Source: a virus (lineage: Duplodnaviria; Caudoviricetes). From it: 55,716 nt of DNA. Each line of letters begins with the position of its first letter. The first letter of the stretch is position 1. Positions 17,501 through 25,078 of the stretch are shown here, piece after piece. A model generated the notes under the pieces. It was given only the letters and a program-made list of their open reading frames with translations, ran no database searches and had not been told where the DNA came from. Position numbers and translations under genes: made by a program. The stretch spans positions 1 to 55,716 of the IMG/VR virus record IMGVR_UViG_3300024265_000060; one strand, 5' to 3'.

Positions 17501-18716
17501 TAACAGGTTCGAGGGATTTTTGGCCAGCTCGGTTGATCCAGGCTGGGAGTTTCATGCCGGGCCGCGCCTTGCCCCCTCCTAGGACAGCAAACAGACCGAA
17601 GTCGAAGAGAAGCTGGTCGATGTATGGGTTGCCGGTTGGGCGGGCGGGGGAGGTGGAATCGCCAGTAAGGGCAACGAGTGGGAGGCCAAGGGCTGCTCCG
17701 CGAGCACCTAAACTAAGCCTTGAAAAGGCTAGTTTGCCTTGGAGTTGGCCGCCAAACAAACCTGGCAGCTTCTCGCTCAGTTTGCGGAGTCCAGGGATGC
17801 CGCTGAAGGTTCCCTTTGCGGTGGGGACCAAGAGGCTACCGAGTGCTGCACCATGGGCAATCGAAACGGCGGTTTGGGTTGGACTGAAGCCTTCTTGATT
17901 CTCGGGGGCGTCGCCGAGGATGCCTGAGACTTGGTTGACTACGTCTGCTGCGCCGGTTGCAATGCCGAGTTGGACTGCGTGGGCGAGGCGGGGCGCGAAC
18001 TTGCCACTTGCGAAGCCTTCAGCGAGACGAGTAAAGAAGGGGGAGACGCGGCCGACCTGACCAAAGGCTTTCTTGACTAGACCAACCGCCCCACTAATGG
18101 CCTTTAGGCCGGTGGCAAGGCCGATTGATTCTTCAACGAAGCGTTCGGTGGGGGAAAGTTCGCCTCCGGGTAACAGACGTTCTTTGATTTGAGCCGAGCC
18201 AAAGAGTTTCGGAAGGCCAAAGGTAAGCCCTTCAACGGCTGTGGTTATGCCACGCTGTGCTCTTGCGAGTTCGCGTTCGCTACCGAAGTCTTTTCTAAGG
18301 ATGTTTGGAGACTCGTCTGGGCCAAGGATTCTATTGCCACCGACAGTTGCTTCCGGGGAGGGGGCAATCCTGGTGGGGTCTTGCAGAAATGGTTCTTCGA
18401 CGCTTTCTGAAGGAATGATGCCTGGGTCGAAGCGGCCAGTTGGTGCGGTTACGCGAGGCAGTCCAGGCGAGACGCGGCGCTCTAATGGATCGCCAGTAGC
18501 TGTTCCACCTGGTGGAACAGGGTCTGGAGCTATTCCGAGTTGGTTTAGGATGGATGCTTGGTCCTGGGGTTTGTCAACGGAGTCTGCGAAGAGGGTGTCG
18601 AGGCGAGACTTGCGTTCTGGAGTTTCTTCGTCTTCAATGCCAAGGAGAGCGTTTAGGCGGCTACGTTGCTTGTCAACTCCGAAGAGTTTATCAAGGCGTT
18701 CGCGAGGCTCTGCCAT
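11589..18716 (-). CDS. giant (2375 aa) polyvalent internal virion/ejection protein
   Basis: Position after the ejection-like genes; zincin HEGQH motif with downstream EDLAH; sigma70-region-4-like HTH; helical C-terminal region typical of large polyvalent proteins. Confidence 0.8.
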   Translation of the reverse strand: MAEPRERLDKLFGVDKQRSRLNALLGIEDEETPERKSRLDTLFADSVDKPQDQASILNQLGIAPDPVPPGGTATGDPLERRVSPGLPRVTAPTGRFDPGIIPSESVEEPFLQDPTRIAPSPEATVGGNRILGPDESPNILRKDFGSERELARAQRGITTAVEGLTFGLPKLFGSAQIKERLLPGGELSPTERFVEESIGLATGLKAISGAVGLVKKAFGQVGRVSPFFTRLAEGFASGKFAPRLAHAVQLGIATGAADVVNQVSGILGDAPENQEGFSPTQTAVSIAHGAALGSLLVPTAKGTFSGIPGLRKLSEKLPGLFGGQLQGKLAFSRLSLGARGAALGLPLVALTGDSTSPARPTGNPYIDQLLFDFGLFAVLGGGKARPGMKLPAWINRAGQKSLEPVTLMRTQLDNTGRRTFTIRTDDGLIRDYRPGDPQGGVNADIPEGVREMKARRISEGKILADRPAIIKEGDLVAQVRGKTRRLVQFLERSKDGKSMRVGIVARRGELPVVHDIVTLERGKAGELLVLDKKGLEEMLPTANRAKINRLEGLLGKLTAKPELEDRAADLVSAEPPLLRSFVGAVNDLNINGIKIPVTVTTGQSKLGVQQVKSALSVLPAEALANVTRVHISDQLPDNTFGRFNKNTGAVTVNAGRLPRTTTNINTLRIPGFDMLIKTLAHEGQHSLATANPKGYERDIRSLGWVPEAEFIERNRVASAKDEAFPNDSVPNNVFDARRRTFLTASGETINAISSFDIGPLGGKWIRSVLPEEAKNGRIRFDRRSPVEDLAHGFDQMLIDPDAVFVREPERFRAINDSLTATPYSIAGLTVEGSLPFGKSFAGQTSLFGSSGPRPEPGGERLFVAKQRIAVENERRSQVQRANQAIENLLGEVRPKTVGLEDATPPESSIDRVRKITFTTLEDPKTPEKTKKLLTRLITPGKVTDEKGNVSQTGTPPIDRLVESVARKSFKGINLELGVEGTGETLGSFVRETALAEAARTGKITNARIKGIIADLQFKVFGGVTPEGQSITAVNKKGETVDLADFVEAGTGEGTAIAGTPTVVPAPLAAAPRTRGPRSKPFKLFKDFIGNPDPAAQAQLVEEMASLNKLQRDILQLHLGIDEHGRSTAGVDFVDLAEVGARFNMTETEVGAQFRGFIRRRTGKLERVFGGKKGTDPKSVDFGDPQGPKQLILRTLPAGASTKGGVARGPQEDLLAGKAFGEHFNNMRRKTLGQLTQAREQLGNRLVRNPKNKTLQRQFRAALTRENELASAVKDVDAQLAIDPDPAQGQLKLADRLIGGSEPPAKAVNRRLQGVGDPLLLERFRKARLSQLKNPEATKNNETVAQLSAELNRRGIEYPDITFPSLGTGGTGSKKPPKQASPTGPPGGGNKPTAPNSKATDFVFEITPDTTLAGQNLATKFGDLRPRLVTIRDRQSAEIIGTFRSHALHPDYDPVRTNVRFGIEPVGIVNEAAEPSTAKDGGLLRFQVTDLRDGSDLGLFTRSGVLQILKTDYTPGNSYNILTGEATPSGSDVAGATRNDLRSKMWRESLDNTEFAALEGPEQMRHISEMIGKLKPTKGITAWKLWGELTNQAKGYAGAINDYATLQGEMAKKFGLPDRLKVTGGDVLEAIERLKEFRKTELGAMLSETADFFPTSAKGTGKAFSAERSREIEAFKAALEDLRFNPKLSTDDTVMDPTSGQVAWGGGPGGVQRLQSVVRRMVFWSHPVMLDAYTKGRGIQAMETELLKNWNNALAPVFADLSPQEQIAVRLIREGRLDEVLADPARKVARRSLIDDSSAFSETRKLLQNMSTIMRGGKPATTELLLPTREQNPARFAELERRAAMLADLHDSVADLAHLPPSARTEDYFPKLYTKNALGNLEIPTDMNPGREVFFGNFQKRKTETLDFEIAPLQSMDIYLRGAARKIAWDPFLAEFNRPEVFQALGNEQAAWFKRWMRYSVGEPDPMDTVLSRKLRDLGIQTSGRGAFGEGLSRWIRRLAVSDSRPFTRTANAIRGAVFAAKIEFSAITNAINATQGPFTTSARFGSFKAGGIDGYLKAAREISSNPEIEKLFNASGLADQTLRSDIGIQAQRQIKGFLIRWRTLGRRSFTGIENRNRKLAFAAMNKTAREAGIDENMSLVAGILESDLTQFNMTRTGRLPLVRSGLGSVLFQFSPYRIEMLQLLGGEVRNMFLSPDKAARFKSFKFVSLYMMVTHMVGGVDANITGPFLRMLLGEDEPEFSGKGLVGGAVAAVDRLSADYLIGKGVQGKPFELGHRINPISLMMNLEITGPAFGVAVDIVNKIRGAPVTPSTAQLVVDNIPFGVQIHRSAGREIMRHVTRPLFGKKEGSLPRGGRGIIERIGGKKAKKRGFFTLG

Positions 18717-20123
18717 TTACTGAGCCGCTTCGAGGCGCTTGAACTCTTCCTCGGTTAGGTCGGTGTCAACGAGGTCTTCTGGGTTTTTGTTGAGGCGCGC
18801 TGCGATTTCGTTTCGGATTTCATCTCGGGTCAAAGTTGGTTCAGCTGCCTCTTGGCGCTGGGCTTCCTGAACAACTTCTCCGGCAGCTTTGAAAACGTTG
18901 CTGGTGATGCCACTGAAGAGTGTTCCCATGAGCTTGAGAAATGCTCCCGGTTCTGCAGAGGCGTCTAGAAGACTTTCGAGTTCCGAAAGTTTGTCAACGA
19001 CATCCTGGTCCTGACCTGCGCGAGCTAAGACGCCAGGAAAACCGAGTTGGCCGATGAGGATATCGACACGGTTTGGAATAGCTTCTTCGCTACCAAACAC
19101 TTTGGTTGCTAGTTTTCTTGTTCTTTCAACAAAAACATTTTCTGTGTTTAAGATCCTGTCACGTTGGATCTTCAGAGTTTCTTGAGGGATTCTAGTGAGA
19201 CCAGCGACTAGTTGGCGATCTGCTGGGGTTGCGTCAGAAGCGATACCAAGAATCTCGTCTACTACGTTTTGGATTGCAAGGCCGGTTGCTTCAGGGTCAG
19301 GAGAATCATTGACAATCTGACCAACTGCCCCAATGGCCGCAACACGGCGGCGTAGATCGAGTTCTTCGCCAAGGAGAGAGTTTCGTTCAGCTTGGTTAGA
19401 GGCTTGCTGACGAGCGACGCCAATTCGCTCGATCTCGGCTTGAGCTTCGACGAGCCGGGCTTCTTGGCTTTTGACGGCAGCCTCAGCTTGGACACCTGCG
19501 GCGGCGGCTTGGGGCTGTTGGACTGTTTCAAGAAGGTCGCGTTCAAGGCCAGTTCTTGCTTCCCCAGCTGCGATGTCTGCGGCTTCTTTTGGTGTAGGCA
19601 CTAAGGGGCCAGCTTTGATAACGTCTCCAGCTTCTTTTGTGCCAAGAACAGCGGGGTCTTGGAAACCTGGCTGGTCGCCTGGCTGGAGGCCGAGTCGAAG
19701 AGCCGTTTGCTGTTCAGCTGTCAAAGCTGTCCCAGATGAAATGGCATCAATGCCGCCTGTAAAGGCTGGGCTGTTACGGATGCTGGCGATGGCTCTAGAG
19801 TTACGGTCCTGCTCGATGGCTTCACGACCTCCTACGAAGCTTTGGCCGCCCGCAGCGAGTCCTTGCAAAATGCCACCTAGGCTGGAAACAGGCGAGTCGG
19901 TGCCAAACTGGGGAAGCTGAGTGGCGCTTAGGGCTGGGCCTAGGCGGCGCAAGAATTGGAGGAGCTTTCCTGGACCGTCTTCTTTGTCTGAGGCTTCGGG
20001 AGCTAGGCCGGTTGGGCTTGGTTCGGATTCGGCTACGCTGGTGGGGCCTGTCTTTGGGCGTCGCTTGATGCGTTGGATGCGGATTTCATCTTGTTCCTCG
20101 TCTTGATCCTCGCGAGGGGGCAT
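18717..20123 (-). CDS. internal virion/ejection protein (coiled coil)
   Basis: 468 aa, Ala/Gln/Glu-rich helical; podovirus synteny. Confidence 0.65.
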   Translation of the reverse strand: MPPREDQDEEQDEIRIQRIKRRPKTGPTSVAESEPSPTGLAPEASDKEDGPGKLLQFLRRLGPALSATQLPQFGTDSPVSSLGGILQGLAAGGQSFVGGREAIEQDRNSRAIASIRNSPAFTGGIDAISSGTALTAEQQTALRLGLQPGDQPGFQDPAVLGTKEAGDVIKAGPLVPTPKEAADIAAGEARTGLERDLLETVQQPQAAAAGVQAEAAVKSQEARLVEAQAEIERIGVARQQASNQAERNSLLGEELDLRRRVAAIGAVGQIVNDSPDPEATGLAIQNVVDEILGIASDATPADRQLVAGLTRIPQETLKIQRDRILNTENVFVERTRKLATKVFGSEEAIPNRVDILIGQLGFPGVLARAGQDQDVVDKLSELESLLDASAEPGAFLKLMGTLFSGITSNVFKAAGEVVQEAQRQEAAEPTLTRDEIRNEIAARLNKNPEDLVDTDLTEEEFKRLEAAQ

Positions 20124-20926
20124 TAGGCTACCGCCTGCCCAACCGCAGCACCTGCCGCGCCTCCTGCTGCTGACCCTGCAGGGCCGCCAAGGGAGCCAAT
20201 AATGGTGCCAAGTAGACTAATAAGAGCTGCTTGGTTTTGCGCTCCGGAGTTGTCGAACTGTGCTCGTGATGTGGAACCGCTGGCCGCACTTAGACCGTTG
20301 ATGATGGAATTGAAGAAGGCTTGAGTAGAGTTGAGCTGATTTTGGGCAGCTCGGCCTGTCCTAGCTTCGCGCAGACTGCCTCGCTGAGCGCCCAGCTGGC
20401 CTGCTTGTCCAATGATATCGCTGAGGAGATTTGTAGACTGAAGACGCCGGTTTGCAGCAGAGTCAAGGAATGGCAACACCTGTTCGTTGACGCCAAGAGC
20501 TGTGTCTCTTGCTGCTCTAGCACCAGCCTCTGCTTGGGGGGTGCCAAAGCGGATGCCGAACTGTGCACCCAAGTTTTCGTTGGTGGCTGGGAGCAGTTCG
20601 TTCTGCAAAAAGTTCTGAGACCGTTGAAAGATGGGATCTAGGTCAGGTCTGAAGCCTGTCTCAATGCCTTCTTGGAGGGTTCGGCCAGCTACCCCCGCCG
20701 TCCCTTGGCCTGTGCCCCCTAGAAAGTCTCCAAGCGCACCCTGGGCGATGCCGAAGAAAGGATCATCCTCGCCGATCTGTGTGAATTGGGGTCGGGTGAA
20801 TCCTGCACCTTGGGGGCTGTTGGTACTGAGTCCGGCAAGACGGCCGAAGCCAAGCTGCCGGAACTGACTTGCAAAAGGGTCTGCAGTGAAGGTGGGCTGA
20901 ATTGGTTCGCTGCCGCCGAGGGACAT
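20123..20926 (-). CDS. DNA transfer/ejection (pilot-like) protein
   Basis: Gly/Ala/Gln-rich with a hydrophobic glycine-zipper C-terminus; synteny. Confidence 0.65.
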   Translation of the reverse strand: MSLGGSEPIQPTFTADPFASQFRQLGFGRLAGLSTNSPQGAGFTRPQFTQIGEDDPFFGIAQGALGDFLGGTGQGTAGVAGRTLQEGIETGFRPDLDPIFQRSQNFLQNELLPATNENLGAQFGIRFGTPQAEAGARAARDTALGVNEQVLPFLDSAANRRLQSTNLLSDIIGQAGQLGAQRGSLREARTGRAAQNQLNSTQAFFNSIINGLSAASGSTSRAQFDNSGAQNQAALISLLGTIIGSLGGPAGSAAGGAAGAAVGQAVA

Positions 20927-21507
20927 TAGATTGGTTCCTTAGACATAACTATGGCGTCTGTTGCTTCACCATTATACACGAATTGGGCGCGTAAAATGCC
21001 TTCTTCAACGAACCCTAGGCGAGTTGCAAGGTTTAGTGCGGGGGTATTGAAAGCCGGAATCCAGGCATTTATATACTTCAACTTAAAGGTCCTGAAGGCC
21101 CAGTTGAGGGCGTCAGTGAGGGCATTTTCGAGTTCAGGAAAGCGTCGTCTTGAGAACACAACGATGTGCGTGAAGGCTGCGTGGCCGGGACGGATGGAGT
21201 CCAGCTCCATGATAACGGCGCGGTTTCCAAGTTCAAGGAAAACGGTGTTTGGGTTTGCGAGATTTCGTGCCAAAGCATTAAGGTTCCGCGCAGTGTCATC
21301 GAAGAGTCTAGGGACAGAAAGCAGGCGATTGGCAAAATTCTTGAGATCATCTAAGTCCTTGAACTCTAAAGGCTTAGCCCCGTCGGGCAAACCTAGAAAG
21401 TTTGCGGACCCGGCAGGTAATGAAGAACCACTTCCGATATCCCCGGCAGGCCCTGGTTTGTCTGGTCGTTTTCGAACCGTACTCGAAATTTCGTTGCTGT
21501 TGTCCAT
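20926..21507 (-). CDS. GNAT (RimJ/RimL-like) acetyltransferase
   Basis: WAFRTFKLKYINAWIPAFNTPALNLATRLGFVEEGILR motif; start uncertain. Confidence 0.8.
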   Translation of the reverse strand: MDNSNEISSTVRKRPDKPGPAGDIGSGSSLPAGSANFLGLPDGAKPLEFKDLDDLKNFANRLLSVPRLFDDTARNLNALARNLANPNTVFLELGNRAVIMELDSIRPGHAAFTHIVVFSRRRFPELENALTDALNWAFRTFKLKYINAWIPAFNTPALNLATRLGFVEEGILRAQFVYNGEATDAIVMSKEPI

Positions 21508-23033
21508 ATATCGAAGTTTACCACACCACCGTCAGATGTCAAGGAGGCTGGGGTTGGGGTGGCGCTTTGGAAAGTGTTGCCACCGTCGCCAGAGACGAGA
21601 CACTTGAGGTTGTTGGTGGTGCCGGTTCCTTTGAACCTCAGCTGGACTCTAGCGAGGGTCTTAAGGTGGCCAGTTGTCAAGACGGTTCCTCGGTCTCGGC
21701 TCGGTTGGCCTGCCATATCAATGTCGGCGCTTTCCCAGCTGGAAACGATAGCAAGTGAATTGTCGTTTGGAAAGCGTTCAGCCATCTCATCGACTGAGCG
21801 GTCTTTGTTCGCAACGATGGTAGCGGGTGAGCCGGTTGTGATTAAGTCTCCCCAACTCACGTCTCCTACCTGAGACCAGAGTTCGCCGGTTGTGTCAATG
21901 TCGCCCCAGGTTTGGCCCGTGCCACCAATGACGCGAGCGCCAGAGGTCAGGAAAGGCAGTTCCCATCGATTCCAATGGTTCTCTCGCCAATTGAAGACCC
22001 AGCAGACCTTCGGATGAGGGTCGGTTCCTTCGGGTACGAAGAGTCGATATTCGGTGTTTTTCGGATCAACCGTTGCAAAGACTTGACGGAGGGCGGCACG
22101 GTTTATGTTTCTTAGGTCTCGTTTGATTGCGTCGCCAATGGGAGTTAAGGTGTTGCCATCGAACGCATATACGTTGTCGTCGCCAAGGAAGAAGTGGTTA
22201 CCTTCGCCAGCTGCGGCTACCGAGAAGCCAGCGATGGCCCCCACGTTGCGGTTATGGAGAGCGAATCCGATTGGGACGATGAAGTTGCCGGTTTCGCGAC
22301 CAAGGAAGATCGAGTTTTCTTTGTAGATGACCAGGGAGCCTCTGATCGGAAGGAGCCTTGTGATGAAGTCTGGGGTGTCGATTAGTTCAGTCTGGCCTGA
22401 ATTTGCTGAAGTCCAATTTTCTGCATCTCCGAAAGCTGACCAACCAACTCGGAGGCCGCGAATAGCGGTGCCGTCGAAGATGTGGCCAATAACGAGACGG
22501 TTGGCAAAGGTGGTGATTGTCTTAGCTGGGCCCGGTGCGCCGTTGAAGGCTGTGATGTTGCCGGTGCCGGTCCACTTGATGAATTCTGTGGTGAGGTCTG
22601 AAACACCATTGGATGCATAGAAAACGTCTGTTTGGCTGGGGGTTGGTGCGATGGTTGCGTCGTAAGGTTCGGTAGAAATACCTTTCAAGACGATGGCTGC
22701 GGTCTTGTCGTTCCAGACACTCGCGGCGGACTGGAAGAATTTTCGATCTGCGTCGGTTGGGCCGCCCGTAATGGCAATAATTTCGGAGCCGCCGACCTCA
22801 GTTCGATACAAGAATGTGTTGACAATGGTCATGTTGGCGGTATCTACGCCGTCAGCGTCGCCGATTGGAGCGTCGTTGAAGTCGCCAAGGCCAGGGCGCT
22901 GTTCGGTGAAGCCATCACGAATCCGGACGTTTGGGGAGCGGGGACTGAAACCTGGACCGAGCCGATGTGGTGGGGCTCCGACGAAGAGCCCTCGGTTTGT
23001 AGGTGTGATGGTGACGGTTCGGAATTCGGGCAT
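21393..23033 (-). CDS. tail hub / packaged-DNA stabilisation protein (P22 gp10 / T7 tubular B-like)
   Basis: Beta-propeller-like 546 aa with VGWSAFGDAENW, LVIYKENSI and FFLGDDNVYAFDG patterns; synteny. Confidence 0.7.
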   Translation of the reverse strand: MPEFRTVTITPTNRGLFVGAPPHRLGPGFSPRSPNVRIRDGFTEQRPGLGDFNDAPIGDADGVDTANMTIVNTFLYRTEVGGSEIIAITGGPTDADRKFFQSAASVWNDKTAAIVLKGISTEPYDATIAPTPSQTDVFYASNGVSDLTTEFIKWTGTGNITAFNGAPGPAKTITTFANRLVIGHIFDGTAIRGLRVGWSAFGDAENWTSANSGQTELIDTPDFITRLLPIRGSLVIYKENSIFLGRETGNFIVPIGFALHNRNVGAIAGFSVAAAGEGNHFFLGDDNVYAFDGNTLTPIGDAIKRDLRNINRAALRQVFATVDPKNTEYRLFVPEGTDPHPKVCWVFNWRENHWNRWELPFLTSGARVIGGTGQTWGDIDTTGELWSQVGDVSWGDLITTGSPATIVANKDRSVDEMAERFPNDNSLAIVSSWESADIDMAGQPSRDRGTVLTTGHLKTLARVQLRFKGTGTTNNLKCLVSGDGGNTFQSATPTPASLTSDGGVVNFDIWTTATKFRVRFENDQTNQGLPGISEVVLHYLPGPQTF

Positions 23034-23407
23034 TAACCGGAAACCTCCACACCCCAGACAGTGAAGTTCACGTCGCCGGTGTCGGATTCAACTGCCATGT
23101 TACCAAGAACGTTGTTTATTGGCATGTAGACTGTCAAAATGGTTGAGGATCCAGCAGCGAGAGCGGGGTCGTTGTAGACCATTGTTGTGTTGTCGTAAGT
23201 TGTGCCGGTGTCGTGGACATAGATTTCTATTTTTGCTGCTCCGGTACCAGTGTTGCAGATGGAGATGGTACTGATGATACCGGAAAGGTTTGGGTTTGGG
23301 CTATAGATACTCGTGGGCGTTGCGGCAGATGGTTTGAGTTGGCCAAATAGTCGCTCCTCGCCTGAGATGTCACCTGTTGTTGGGGTGATTCTAAGTATCT
23401 TGCTCAT
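23033..23407 (-). CDS. small virion structural protein
   Basis: Beta-rich 124 aa, ISICNT...VWGVEV pattern. Confidence 0.65.
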   Translation of the reverse strand: MSKILRITPTTGDISGEERLFGQLKPSAATPTSIYSPNPNLSGIISTISICNTGTGAAKIEIYVHDTGTTYDNTTMVYNDPALAAGSSTILTVYMPINNVLGNMAVESDTGDVNFTVWGVEVSG

Positions 23408-23410
23408 GGG

Positions 23411-24919
23411 CTAAAACTCTTCTTCCCAGACAACTGACATGGTAACGTCGTGGCCTGTTCCGGAAGTGGCTTCGGCGGTTAGGCTACGAATCTCTCCAGG
23501 TTCAACTCCTGCATCGAGTGTGGTCAAGTCTAGTGTGGTCGAAGCTACTTTGCCGAGAACAAGAGTAAAGGTCTCAGTGCCGCCTGTTATCCCCGTAGCG
23601 GCAATGTCTTTGCATGCAACTGACGTGTTGAGGTTGATGGGTTGGAATGCAACAGGGCCGGTCAAGGTTGGACCAGCGCGGGCGCGTATGATGATTGACT
23701 TTGTTCCATCTGTGGATATGGTAAGGAACTTTGGTGACATTCGCACACGGTTTAGTTTGCCACCATGGGTGAGGGCGTTACGGATAGAAAGGATGGGTAT
23801 TTCCGTTGTGCCTACACTCAAATTAGTGTTGCTGGCGGCGTTGGTGACGCCCAATTGAAGGTGTACGTCGCCTTCAACGAATGCCGCCATTGAACCAGTC
23901 TTGAGTGTGATGTTGGTAGCGTTCGATGTGTTGGTTACAGCTGCGAATAGATGAAGAGTCGGGTTTTGGATAGATGGGACCGTTGCAGAGTTGGCATATT
24001 TTAGTATGTGGACAAGCTGAAAATTTCCGCTGTCGGAGTCTTCAACAAAGTATCGAATAGCACCGAAGCCGAGAAACTGGAATGACACCTTGAATACGTT
24101 TCCTTTTGTGGTGTCGAGGGTCATGCCTGATAGGCCGGTGCCATCCATCTTGTCTATGTTCCAGTCAGCTTGTGCTGTCCAATCGTCGGTGACGGCTGTT
24201 CCGGCTATGGTTTCTACAAATGCGCCCACAACACCCGTTGTGTCTGTGTCAACTAGCGAGAATGTGTCGGTTTTGTTCCCAGAGGACCAAGCTATGAAAA
24301 TGACCGTGCTGCTGTCTATGCCGGGTGTCCAGCCTAGACCAACGTCGTCAAAAACTGCGTTGCTGATCTTGACTGCTACTTCTCGGGCTGAGTCGCCAGC
24401 GACGACAGCGACCGTTTTGGCTACTCCGTCTAGATTAATGGTAATGTTACCTGTAGCTGTGACAGCACCTGTGGTGACGGTGAGGGTTTGAACTTCGGGC
24501 GTGCCGAGGTGTTTGTGTAGGATACCAAAAGCTGTGCCATCGAAGCCAAAGAAGAAACCCTCACCAGTTTCTCCAACGCCTATGATTTGCTCAGAGTTTG
24601 CAGCGCCAGCAGTAAAGACACCAGTGAACATAGAAGAGACCCCCTGGCCGGGATCGTATTTCACAGGAACGCGACTTACCAGGGCTACAGACGAGTTTGC
24701 TGATGCGCCTGTTTGCAGAACTGCCATGCTGTCGGCTTGGGTTAATGTACCAGCGTTATTGGCGCGTGTTTGGATGAAACGAGAATTGATGTTGTAAGGA
24801 AAGACGAGTTGGACTGCGGCGGTTGGTTCGACAACGACAAGTTCGCCGAAGGCAGACTTGACTACTGGCGGCGGGACAACAAACGAAGACGTGATACCGC
24901 TACTGATTACGTCGGGCAT
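23411..24919 (-). CDS. Thr/Gly-rich beta-sandwich virion/tail protein
   Basis: 502 aa; KSAFGEL start and QADWNIDKMDGTGLSG...FLGFGAIRY motif typical of phage structural proteins. Confidence 0.7.
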   Translation of the reverse strand: MPDVISSGITSSFVVPPPVVKSAFGELVVVEPTAAVQLVFPYNINSRFIQTRANNAGTLTQADSMAVLQTGASANSSVALVSRVPVKYDPGQGVSSMFTGVFTAGAANSEQIIGVGETGEGFFFGFDGTAFGILHKHLGTPEVQTLTVTTGAVTATGNITINLDGVAKTVAVVAGDSAREVAVKISNAVFDDVGLGWTPGIDSSTVIFIAWSSGNKTDTFSLVDTDTTGVVGAFVETIAGTAVTDDWTAQADWNIDKMDGTGLSGMTLDTTKGNVFKVSFQFLGFGAIRYFVEDSDSGNFQLVHILKYANSATVPSIQNPTLHLFAAVTNTSNATNITLKTGSMAAFVEGDVHLQLGVTNAASNTNLSVGTTEIPILSIRNALTHGGKLNRVRMSPKFLTISTDGTKSIIIRARAGPTLTGPVAFQPINLNTSVACKDIAATGITGGTETFTLVLGKVASTTLDLTTLDAGVEPGEIRSLTAEATSGTGHDVTMSVVWEEEF

Positions 24920-25077
24920 TATTTTTCTACTTTGCCCTTTAGCTCATAGACAGTCTTTATCAAGTCTTTAATGTCTTTACTCATGTGCGGCAGGTCGTTG
25001 TATTTAATCATTACAAATAGGATACACGTGACAATAGAAGCAACCTTCCCGCCGTAAGTTAGAATTAGATCTATCAT
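24919..25077 (-). CDS. 52-aa single-TM coiled-coil protein (BhlA/holin-like)
   Basis: Read manually: MIDLILTYGGKVASIVTCILFVMIKYNDLPHMSKDIKDLIKTVYELKGKVEK; GAGG RBS. Confidence 0.55.
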   Translation of the reverse strand: MIDLILTYGGKVASIVTCILFVMIKYNDLPHMSKDIKDLIKTVYELKGKVEK

Positions 25078-25078
25078 A